Positions 22,438-32,509 of a stretch of 34,357 nucleotides of DNA are shown piece by piece. This stretch comes from Craspedostauros australis. Taxonomy: Eukaryota. The position numbers were made by a program, and so were the translations under genes. Numbering within the stretch: the first letter of the stretch is position 1; each line of letters starts with the position of its first letter. The stretch spans positions 1 through 34,357 of the forward strand of contig JALAGF010002628.1 of NCBI GenBank assembly GCA_030167865.1. Direction: 5' to 3'. A model generated the notes under the pieces. It was not told the origin of the DNA. It did not search any database and worked only from the letters and a program-made list of their open reading frames with translations.

Positions 22438-23360
22438 CTAGTAATTAACTTGGTATGGACTGAAGCCTCCAGATTGAATAGACAGTTGTGTGAGAAAGGC
22501 AATTGTTTTTAACACCTCCTTATGGCGTTCTCTATCTGACCTGTATGTGTTCCCCAAGATCGCCCATCTCTTGAATTGCCGATTGATTGTTTCATGGTGC
22601 GCACGAGCATTGGACTTTGCTCGTCGGTTCGACTTCGACACATAGCTGCTTGGCTTCAGCACATGGGGCCCACCATACCCCCCATCGGCCTCCACACATT
22701 CTCCTTTCATCAGTCTGTTCGCGAGGAAGGCATTGAATATCTTTTGATCTGACCACCTGCTACATGGAAAAGGACCAATTGCCCAAACAATGCTGCCTGT
22801 TTGAATTGAGATTGCTACTTCATATCTTAATCCAGACGTCTTGAACTTGTGGCTGTACCACTTTGTGCTGAAAGGCATTGGCTTGCGGATCCGAAAGTCA
22901 GTGCCATCCACAGTAACATGACAAGTTCAAGGTTTTGAAGAGTTCAAGCGGTTTTGCCATTTGATCTGGAAGGAAGTGTGAGAAGATGTTGAATTCAATA
23001 CAGGCATTGGGCACATTGCAGAAGGCAGAACAAGCACAGCACAAAGTCACTTACCACTTCTTTGTAACATTGCTGAATGCAAGCAATCATTTGCCAGATC
23101 CACTTTCGAAGTGTGTGTGGATCAGCTCCAACTGTTGCCTTCAATACATCGTAGGTGGGGTAGTTCTTGAGAAAGTGAAGAGCCCAGAACAGATGCTTCG
23201 GTTGTGCCTTGGCTGGGAGCACACATTGATTCCATACCTCCTTGCACAGCTTGGGCATGATGCCAAACCATGCAATGAATGCTCATCTTGAGGTTTCCGA
23301 CCATCCACCCTTGGGAGCCAGGCTCCCCACCAGGAAGAATCCAATGGATTTGAAGTCAGA
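22438..23360 (-). pseudogene. PIF/Harbinger-type DDE transposase (DDE_Tnp_4/HARBI1-like) pseudogene with one intron (23054-22966) and two in-frame TGA stops; 5' limit approximate
   Basis: CHVTVDGTDF, WYSHKFKTSGLRYEVAISIQTGSIVW, GPFPC...D, VEADGGY, ARAHHETINRQFKRWAIL. Upstream exon PKHLFWALHFLKNYPT...TLRKWIW. GTAAGT...TTCCAG intron is phase 0. TGA at 22929-22927 and 23285-23283. Confidence 0.88.
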
Positions 23361-23576
23361 AGAGGAGTGTGTTGGCAAGTTCCATGATTGGGAGCCTATG
23401 ATCGTGGAAGACGGTATTGTTGATAGTCGTTCTGTTTGCTATTTCATTACGTTGAGACTCCAATCCTCTTGGTGTCTGCTCTCTTGCCCAATGCTCTCAG
23501 CGCGTTTGTCTGTCTCATAGATTCAGTCTCCTACTATGAGTTGGTGTGCAAGATGCTCTCTTGCTACTCTTCGTAT

Positions 23577-23602
23577 TCTCTCTCTCTCTCTCTCTCTCTC
23601 TC
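23577..23602. repeat. (TC)n microsatellite
   Basis: Seen directly. Confidence 0.9.
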
Positions 23603-24600
23603 AATATCATGCACTCGTGCTACACGATACTTCTCGTTCGATGCGTATTCTGCATTCAATACTTTGTTCGTTCCTTACTGGTTCCTACTCCATGAGTACT
23701 TACCATTTGAACTTTACCTATCGTATCCATGATCTCGATGTCCTTCGGTCATCGGATCTTCGCCTCCTGCTCTGACATGGAGACAGATGTCGACGTGGTG
23801 ACATGATGACATCCTGTCAACGTCAGTAGGCATCCTTCTGCTCTCCAGATGTCATGTTCCATTGGTGATGCAGTAGTCTGTCAGATGATATCGTCATCTG
23901 AGGTTTAGTTGGGAAGTACCTCGAGATTCTCTCGGTACCATTGATGGATGGATGGACGGACGATATTTCCAATTCTCTCAGAAATCGTCGATTGCAAATT
24001 TCCTCCAGAAATTCTGCTCATTTTCATGTGTTCCATTTCCGCTGTAATTCTGACAAATCACAGCACACTATCTACAAGAATGTAGATGTACCGTCCAAGT
24101 GCGTATGAGAGAATAACGGGTGAACGATGCACATATACACGTACATCTCGACATATACTCACATGTACATCTCGACACACATCATCGCCCTCCAGGAATG
24201 GTGCTGTCTGCGTGTTTGTGAGCGTGCCTGTTGGAAGGCTCCGCGCACGGAGAATCGGTAGTAGCCACACTCTTTGTCGAAAGTGTTTCTGTTACTGTTA
24301 CTGTTACTGATGTTGCAATTGATTGTTGATGAGCGAGCATGGGGAATGAGATGATCAAGATGCTCGCTTGATCCATCTCTTCCTTGCTCTCATTGCTTGG
24401 TGCAATCCTCTTGCACCTCCATGCACATTGCTCTCATGTTGCTCGTTGATGTTGACTTGATCATCAACGTTGTCGTCTTTCTCTCGTTGTCTCGTTGTTG
24501 TTCCGTTCTCAGGTTTTGTTGAATCTGATGATTGATCAAATCTGATGGAATGTTTAAAACATATTTCATTCCTGTAGACCTGGTAGGTAAGGTCTTGATG

Positions 24601-24707
24601 TGATGTCACGTGTGGTGGATACTGTGGTATCCGCTGGTATCGCGGTATCCTGGCGTCGTAGTGTCGCGGTATCCTCGTGGTATCGCGGTGGTATCGCTGT
24701 GACGTCA
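24601..24707. repeat. Cluster of six GGTATC motifs bracketed by a 9-bp imperfect inverted repeat
   Basis: GGTATC at about 24626, 24636, 24644, 24668, 24679 and 24690. Flanks are tgatgtcac (24601) and gtgacgtca (24699). Confidence 0.75.
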
Positions 24708-27538
24708 TAGTTTTGGGTCGTGATTCCGCCACCAAATATTCTGGATGATGGCGCGCAAGTGTGACTGATGCATACACATCCGAGTACACACATTCCGACA
24801 CGCGCCGTACTGGCAGTCTTTGACCGGGCGCAATTGACCACAGCGACATGAATAGTACATTTCAATGGATGGATGTATGGATGTATGGATGAGAGAGTGA
24901 ATGTGTCAACGGAAGTGGCTGCTGCTTCCTGGGCGCATGTACCTATTGATTCTGTTGGATTTGGCAGGAAGCAAACATTCTCTCCACGGCTGCGATTAGC
25001 AGAGAGCACGGCGTATTGTCATCACAGGAGCGTGCACAAGTGCATCCAGCACAAACAAAATATTCATAAGCTCTCTCACATCATCACTTCCCATGATGCA
25101 ATCATTCAGTTTGTCTGCCTGCCTGCCTGCATGTGTCTCTTGCGGCCTTCGTCATCGTTGGTGGCCGTTGACTCTTTCCAACCACGGAAAAGCCTTCCAT
25201 GCTGATGCAGTTGTTGGTGGATCACTCCGACCCTCCAAAGCATCCGTCCTTGGGTTGACTGACGGAAGCGTTGTTCCATTCCCCCTGCCATCCAGTTTCA
25301 GCCTCTCCCCATCCTCCATCTTCAAACGAACCAACGCAGAATGGTAACAGCATCAACAACACCAACCATGCAAGTTGGTGGATGGATGAAAGAGCCACTG
25401 ATAGAACACAGATGAAAATGGGTACCTACCTCAAAATTGGGAGTGATCAAGTCCATCAATGAAGTAGAGTGAAGCTGTGTGATAGTGTTATTGTGCTCTG
25501 AGTGATTAATTGATGTTAGATAGTATGTATGCTGGCCCAATTCAGAACTGTTGGAGTCTGAATTGTGAGCAGATGGAGATGAAGTGATGTAAATTGGTGC
25601 TGAGGCAACATGTGTTGCAACACACAGCAGAGCATGAAGTTGTGGTCAAGTTTGCAAGGATGAGGAGGTTCATGGTGCCTCCATTATCAATCTTGCTTCT
25701 TGGAACAACTATGATGCATGCAACAAATCCAATGCTTGCAGAAATGCAATCTTGCCAAATTTGATGGGATTGCTGAGCTTGTATCTGAGCCACGATGCTC
25801 AGATACATTCACTCAACAAGACAGTAGATATGCCCTGTGAGGGTGGATTTGCAGGGGTTCAGACATACATGCTCAGATGCACATAAGGACGGTGACAGGC
25901 AGGGCCTGACGTCCATGTATTAGCTCGCTACCATCCTCAGACAACAAGACAGGTATCTGAGGGCCGTCGGGAGCTGCGGTAAATTATATCAACAGAGAAA
26001 GATAAAACGGTTCGTGACCAAACATCTCATGCTTGACCTGACGCAGTCTATGGAGAACAAGATTAGACATAGACTAAGGTGAATATAGACTTTGATCTGA
26101 TAGCTGCTGCTTCCACCTAGACGGTACTCGCGGTTGTATCGAGCACAAGCCGCTCACCTCTTCTCTCCGTCTGAGTCTCTTCTTCATGCATGGTGCTTCC
26201 TTGTTGCCGAAATTGTGACGAGAACACGTGAAGGACGAGAGCAATCATCACGCTTGGACGACAAAGCCGCCTCGCGGTCACAACGGAAGAACACGCCCTC
26301 GACAATTATGGCATGGCGAGGGAGCAAATAGTATCACCGTGTGATAGTTCAGTAAGCCCGATGTCCGTCTGTCCGTATACCGGCTGGCCATAAATGAAAG
26401 CAGACGCACCACGCAGCATTCGCGCAAAAGTGTGTGTGACAAGAAGGCACGAGGCAGTGCCAGAGACAAAAGCAAAAGTGCCAAAGGATGACAGACGCAC
26501 CACACAACGCGCGTTACGAAGAAGACCGCGGGACGGAACCGCACCGCATCTCGCGACATGTTCAGAGAGATGGTGGTGCCGTGCGAGTAGTAGAGGCGAC
26601 AAGAACAACTGCGTAGCCTATCACGCGAGTAGGTCTGTACCTGCGAACCTTAGAACCACCAGCGTGTGTGTGTGTTGTGTGTTGTGTGGGTGTGTGTGAG
26701 TGTCCAACAGCAAGACACAAGGAAGTCCAACAGCGCCGGCAACAACAGAGACAGCAAAACAACACCGACAACAGCGGCAACATTCAAAATCGTCGTGACA
26801 GGCCCGAATGCTTGTTGCAACAGACTGAGCGAGAGAAGAGAGAGGATCACCTTCGACAACGCATCTCCCCAAACACCAACTCCTTGAACTCTCCCAGTCT
26901 GTGCCAAAGCAAACAAGAGAGGAAGCGGCGGACGAGGACAGCAACGAGGGAGTGTTTCCGCAGACCAACTTGAATAGAGCAGAGTGCTCTAGTCGAGTGT
27001 TCTTGCTTGACATCTTCGCAGCCATCTGCAATAACAACGACAACAACGACAACAACGACAGCGCCAAAAGTCGGAGCCTGCCACTTCGCTAAACTCCAAT
27101 TCCATTCAGTGTGCCTCATTCGCACGCTTGGAGACGTGCCACTGCCGTTGCAATCGTCATTGCCATTGGCAACAACATTAGCATTAGCTTTAGCATTGCG
27201 ACCATTCAGCCATACTGCACAAAAAGAGAGAACTTCCGCGACAAGGAACGTGTCAAGAGAGGTCGCCACCACCACCACTCCTCTGCCATCTTGCTACAGC
27301 AACGACAACAGCGCGGAACAACGCAGTGCTGACCTTCGCTCCTTCACGAGAAAACCGGGGCTGTCAAAACAAGGACCAACGAGAAATCGAAACCTCCCAC
27401 CTCAGGACAAGGCAGCCAAGCAACCACCCTGCATCCGCGCCCTCATTCATAACCTCCACAGAACAGCACCAGCACTTGCACCTATACACGCATAGTCATA
27501 CGCATACACATACGCATAGCCATACCAACTACCTTCGG

Positions 27539-29218
27539 ATGCCGCCCAAGATGAAGACGAACGCATCGTCGGACGATGGCGAGTCCGCCGTGTCCTACTC
27601 CTCTTCGACGACGTCCACGAGCAGCGAGGAGAGCCCCATCAAGGTGGCAAAGCGAGGATCGTCGAGCAAGAAGAAGAGCAGTGAGGCCGGTGCCGTCGCT
27701 ACCAGCAGCAGCAGCAGCAGCAAGAGCGGATCCAAGGACAGATCATCAAAGAGCAGCAGCGGCAGTTCCAGGGACGCATCCTCCTCCTCCAAGTCGTCCA
27801 AGAAGTCCAAATCGTCCAAGAGCAGCAAGCGAAAGAGCGGGAGCAGCCGATCAGACAGAGACAAGGATGGAGACAAAGATAAGGACAAAGATAAGGATAA
27901 GGACAAGGACAAGGAACGATCGAAAGACAAGGAAGGAAAGAGCAAGTCGTCGTCGTCGTCATCCAGAAAGTCCAGCAAAAGCAAGGACAAAGACAAAGAC
28001 AAGGATAAGGATCGAGACAAGGACAAAGACAAGGATAAGGATAAGCCACCGACCCGTCCTCCGTCATCATCCTCATCCAGGCGCCCGAAGGGCAGCAGCA
28101 GTCGCCACTCGAGATCAATTCCAGCTGTGTCCCCCACACCCTCAGCCAAAGAAAAGGTGACGCCGCCTCCCAAGAAGGGCATCACCTTCAATGCCAAGCT
28201 CAAGGTCACGCTCATCCCTTCGCTCAGAGACTACTCTCCCGCAGAAATTCACGACACCTGGTACCAGCCCAACGAGTACGGTTTCATGGAGGATGAATGC
28301 GACGTCACCTCGCAGCTCATGGACCAGGGACGCCCGCTCACGGAATCGCTCTGCCCCCGCGGACTGGAGTGCTGGACGGTCGACGGCGAGAAGCTCAAGG
28401 AGCACAACGTCTCCGTCGCCATCGATCTCGTTTGGAACGCGCAGATAGAGCACTGGAAGGACGCCGCGGCGCAGGCTGCTGCGAAGGCATCGAGCGGCAA
28501 CGGTGCCGCGCCCACCAATCCAGCACTGCTAGACTCGTCGGAGGCCATATCCAAGCTCTACTGCCAGATATCCGTGCCGTGCCTGGAGCAAGCGATGGGG
28601 TTGGGCCAGGACGATGAACGGGCGGTCAGGGGGTACCTCGCGGCGGCCAGGAGCATGGAGAAGTCGAGGCGGAACATGCGGTCGTTGACGAGGGGCACGA
28701 GCGTTCGGGATGCCAAGGGAAAGCTGTTCTCGGCCGCCCCCATGGTCAAGCCAATCCTCAAGAAGACGATGCCCAAGCGCGCGTCATCGGACCGCACCGG
28801 CATGCTCACCAAGAGGGGATCGGCGTCCAAGCGGGACCTGCTCGTTTCACCCGGCGGCAAAATACGGCGCGTGGCGTCCTCCCTCGCCGTCCTCAGAAGC
28901 CCCGGCACGTCATCCAGCTCTTCGCCAGGCGTCTCGCCCGGCACCCGATCCACGATCAGCAGCATCCAGAACAGGGGACTTCCCAAGATCCCGTCATCGG
29001 GCGGCTCCGTGTGCTCGCAAAGATCCACCGCGTCGTCCAAGAATTCTCGCAAAATCACCTACCGTCCCAAGAAGACGAGGATACCGCTGTCGCCCACCAA
29101 CTCCATGTGCAGCGCATTGACCGAGTCCTCCGCCTACCGTCGCACTTCGGTGGCATCCGTCGCATCCAGCGATGATGGCAATTCGTTGCGTCGCAAACTC
29201 AAGACGCCGGTTTTGTGA
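27539..29218 (+). CDS. Hypothetical Ser/Lys-rich, (DK)n-repeat protein with a conserved-looking central domain (559 aa)
   Basis: Long ORF with strong codon bias. Core KKGITFNAKLKVTLIPSLRDYSPAEIHDTWYQPNEY...LCPRGLE resembles a motif common in diatom hypothetical proteins (from recall, not searched). Confidence 0.8.
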   Translation: MPPKMKTNASSDDGESAVSYSSSTTSTSSEESPIKVAKRGSSSKKKSSEAGAVATSSSSSSKSGSKDRSSKSSSGSSRDASSSSKSSKKSKSSKSSKRKSGSSRSDRDKDGDKDKDKDKDKDKDKERSKDKEGKSKSSSSSSRKSSKSKDKDKDKDKDRDKDKDKDKDKPPTRPPSSSSSRRPKGSSSRHSRSIPAVSPTPSAKEKVTPPPKKGITFNAKLKVTLIPSLRDYSPAEIHDTWYQPNEYGFMEDECDVTSQLMDQGRPLTESLCPRGLECWTVDGEKLKEHNVSVAIDLVWNAQIEHWKDAAAQAAAKASSGNGAAPTNPALLDSSEAISKLYCQISVPCLEQAMGLGQDDERAVRGYLAAARSMEKSRRNMRSLTRGTSVRDAKGKLFSAAPMVKPILKKTMPKRASSDRTGMLTKRGSASKRDLLVSPGGKIRRVASSLAVLRSPGTSSSSSPGVSPGTRSTISSIQNRGLPKIPSSGGSVCSQRSTASSKNSRKITYRPKKTRIPLSPTNSMCSALTESSAYRRTSVASVASSDDGNSLRRKLKTPVL

Positions 29219-29417
29219 TAGCAGCAGCAGCAGTGGGTGGCTGGGTGAGTGAGACCAAACATCACGCCTACGATAGGGGGAAAGGCTGCACATTGGCGTG
29301 CGTCGTAAAGGCATGGGTTATTAGGTCTGAATATTCATCCACAAGCTCGATTTGCGAATGCAAAATTACCAATGTGCAGCTTGAAGATAACGTATAGTCG
29401 ATGTAGAGTATGGTACC

Positions 29418-29457
29418 ACACACACACACACACACTCTCTCTCTCTCTCTCTCTCTC
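29418..29457. repeat. Compound (CA)n(CT)n microsatellite
   Basis: Seen directly. Confidence 0.9.
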
Positions 29458-29832
29458 CAGATAGTCGTATCGTAGAATAGCTCATAGAATAGTATGCACG
29501 AGCAGGCATAATAGATCATCAGGTTGGACATCCGTGCATCTCTTTGGCGTTTGGTGGTTTGATTCCTCGGTCGCGATAGCGTGTTCGCCCTCTACCAATC
29601 GTCGACCCATGCGACTCTTCCAACACCACAAGAAACAGTTCGGACAAAAACGCACCTGAACACCATCACCACCAACCGTTTCGATCTGTTGGGCACATCA
29701 CCGGCAGATGGACATAAAAAAGAACATTGTTCCTCTTCTTGGTCTGTCTCTTCCGCGCCAAGATTCCATTCCGTGGTTGCCACATGACCGTCGTCTTGTC
29801 CTCTTCTCTTGTGCTGGAGACATCCAACTGAA

Positions 29833-29918
29833 CACAATCATATATTAGAGCACAATCATATATTATATTAGAGCACAATCATATATTATATTAGAGCACA
29901 ATCATATAGTAGAGCACA
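29833..29918. repeat. AT-rich minisatellite, 4 units (18/23/23/18 bp) CACAATCATATA(TTATA)TTAGAG
   Basis: Units start at 29833, 29851, 29874 and 29897. Confidence 0.92.
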
Positions 29919-29952
29919 CACATTGAGTACTTGTTGCAAGAGACAACCAACC

Positions 29953-31932
29953 ATGCTTCGATTTGCCGCATCAACGGCCTTCTTCGCGCTGCTCTGCTGC
30001 GGTGATGGCAGCACAGCATTCGTCGTCCCAGACGCCAAGCGCGGCCAGGCTCCATGGGCGGCGCTGCCTTCGTCCACGCCCACTCTTGCCACTGCCTCAT
30101 GTCCAACATCGCCCTTCGCGTCTCGCCTGCGGTCCACGCGGACAAACACGGGCACGGATGCTGGTGTGGATCGACGGGAACGTGCACGATCGCCACCATC
30201 CTTCGAGACGGCCTTCCGCAGGGCAATCCAGCAGGGGGCGGCCGCCAAGGCAGAGCGGATCCTGCTCAGGGAGCCGCAGGGCCATGTCACCACCTACCAC
30301 TACACCCTGCTGCTCAATGCCTGGTGCAAGTCCAGATCGCCGCAGGGCCCCCAACGCGCGGATGCCCTGCTCGACATCATGAAGGCATCGCAGCACGTGC
30401 AGCCGAATCACGTCAGCTACACCTGCGTCATCCAATGCTGGGCCCGGTCGCCGCAGCACCAGCAGCGGTATCACACCAGCAACAGCCACGCCGTGGCGCG
30501 CATCCGAACGCTGCTGGCGGAGCTCAAGGAGCACCAGCTGCGACTGGGAGACAAGGACCGCCTCATCTCGACCCGAACCTACAACACGGCCCTGCAGGTC
30601 TTCGTCATGGACGGTCAGACAGAGCAGGCCAAGGACATGGTGCAGGAGATGTTCGAGGAGCACTACATCCACGGCAACGACAACTGCAAGCCGGACACGA
30701 CCACCTTCAACATCCTGCTCAACACGTGGTCGAAGGCCTCGCCGTACACGCGCAATGCGCCGCAGCGAGCGCAGGCCACGTTGCAGCGCATGAAGGAGCA
30801 TGCGAAGAATGGCAACTTCGACACGCGGCCGGACATCGTCACGTACAACACCCTCATCGATGTTTGGGCCCGATCCAAGCAGAACGATGCGCCGCAGAAG
30901 GCCGAGGAGGTCCTGCGCAGTCTGCAGGGGGATGGCATCGACGCTGCCGTTCGTCCTGACATCTTCACGTACCACTCCGTCATGAACGCGTATGCCAAAC
31001 GAGGGAACTGCACCAAGGTCGAGTCGTTGCTGAAGGAGATCGAGAGGCCCGCCATCCAGTCATTCAACATCCTGCTGCATGCGATCTCGCGCAACAACAG
31101 GAGCTGCAAGAGCTCCCCGCAGAAGGCCAGCGATCTGCTGGAGCAGATCAAAGCCAGAAATTTGGTGCCCGGCACCATCACGTACAACACGATCATGAAT
31201 ATTTGGAGCAAATCGGGGCGCAAGGACGCTGCCGAACGCGCCCAGGCCTTGCTCAGCGAAATGCCCCTTCCCAACGTCATTTCGTACTCCACCGTGCTCG
31301 ATGCCTGGGCTCGACAACCAAATGCGACCGCGGCGCAGGATCTGCTGGAGGATATGATCGTGTCGGACCGTGTCAAACCCAACGTGCGTTCCTTCACCAC
31401 GGTCTTGAGCGCGTGGTCGCGATCCCGTCTGCCGGAGGCGCCGCAACGTGTCGAGTCCCTCCTCGCGCGAATGAAGCAGTACCACAAGGAGCGCACCTTC
31501 CCCAACGTCAAGCCGAACGAATTGAGCTACACCATGTACATCGATTGCCTCGCCAAATCCAACCGCACGGACGCCGCGGAGCAGGCCGAGACCGTGCTTC
31601 GGACGATGAAGCAAAAGTACGAGGCCGGCGAGAAGCAGCTCAAGCCCACCGTCGTGACATACAGCGCCGTCATCGTGGCATGGTCGCGAACCCGCAACAA
31701 TCCCAACGCCGTGCCGCGCGTGGAGGCCCTGCTCGAGGAGATGAAGTCGGCACAATCGCTGTCGCCGGATGTCCAGAGCATCAACGGCGTGCTGCGCACC
31801 ATCGCGTACTCCAAGCTCCCGGATAAGCTGCAGCGCACGGAGAAGGTCATCCAGTGGATGAAGGAAAGCGGTCTGCGCCCCGATCATCACACCAAGCAGG
31901 CCGTGGCGAAGTACCAAGGGATCTTGTTCTAA
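29953..31932 (+). CDS. Pentatricopeptide repeat (PPR) protein, predicted plastid-targeted (659 aa)
   Basis: About 13 repeats of the type PDxxTYNTLIDVWARS / PNVISYSTVLDAWAR. N-terminus MLRFAASTAFFALLCCGDGSTA-FVVP is a signal peptide with an 'A-F' cleavage motif. Confidence 0.93.
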   Translation: MLRFAASTAFFALLCCGDGSTAFVVPDAKRGQAPWAALPSSTPTLATASCPTSPFASRLRSTRTNTGTDAGVDRRERARSPPSFETAFRRAIQQGAAAKAERILLREPQGHVTTYHYTLLLNAWCKSRSPQGPQRADALLDIMKASQHVQPNHVSYTCVIQCWARSPQHQQRYHTSNSHAVARIRTLLAELKEHQLRLGDKDRLISTRTYNTALQVFVMDGQTEQAKDMVQEMFEEHYIHGNDNCKPDTTTFNILLNTWSKASPYTRNAPQRAQATLQRMKEHAKNGNFDTRPDIVTYNTLIDVWARSKQNDAPQKAEEVLRSLQGDGIDAAVRPDIFTYHSVMNAYAKRGNCTKVESLLKEIERPAIQSFNILLHAISRNNRSCKSSPQKASDLLEQIKARNLVPGTITYNTIMNIWSKSGRKDAAERAQALLSEMPLPNVISYSTVLDAWARQPNATAAQDLLEDMIVSDRVKPNVRSFTTVLSAWSRSRLPEAPQRVESLLARMKQYHKERTFPNVKPNELSYTMYIDCLAKSNRTDAAEQAETVLRTMKQKYEAGEKQLKPTVVTYSAVIVAWSRTRNNPNAVPRVEALLEEMKSAQSLSPDVQSINGVLRTIAYSKLPDKLQRTEKVIQWMKESGLRPDHHTKQAVAKYQGILF

Positions 31933-32509
31933 GATATTGTAGAATATTATATACTACTCGAAGTGGAGCAGTACTATTGTACTTCTGATTCTGCAACACT
32001 CTTTTGTTGTCTTCGTATCACGCCAAGGAGACGCGAGCATTTTTAGTGCTTATTGTGGCATTGGATGGCGCACAAGCAGCTGCATCCTGTGCAGCAGAGC
32101 AGAGACCACGATCGATGCAAAGCCTTGCGCCCTGTGCCCAAAATCTTAAGTTTCCCTTCAATTCAATGCCTTTTCGCATCAGGACAGTTTGGCATGATCG
32201 GTCCAGCTGAAGTCCTGCCAACCAATGACATCAAAACACGGATGCACGATTACATTTCAAATCAAGAGGAGAAACTCCGGGTTGCAAAACGAACACAGAC
32301 CAAAGCAATGAAGCAAAATCCATGCATAATCATACTCACATTGTATTCTAGTCTCTTAGTTACAAACACATCTCTGAGTTACTAGTTGTCAACAGAGCCA
32401 GGCAGTATCCTCGTCCAAATACGGGCGAGTTCACTGCTGGAAAACAACAACGCTGCGTGATGTGCAGGCGGTATGGACACCATGCCAATTTTGCACTCAC
32501 GTTGTGGGA

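Noticed and set aside
26300..27538. Multiple ORFs upstream of the DK-rich gene, including the ORF-track extension from 27326
   Set aside because: CA/ACA-rich leader sequence; the first credible ATG with coding bias is 27539.
29833..29918. Repeat array as CRISPR
   Set aside because: Head-to-tail units without unique spacers, eukaryotic context and no cas genes.
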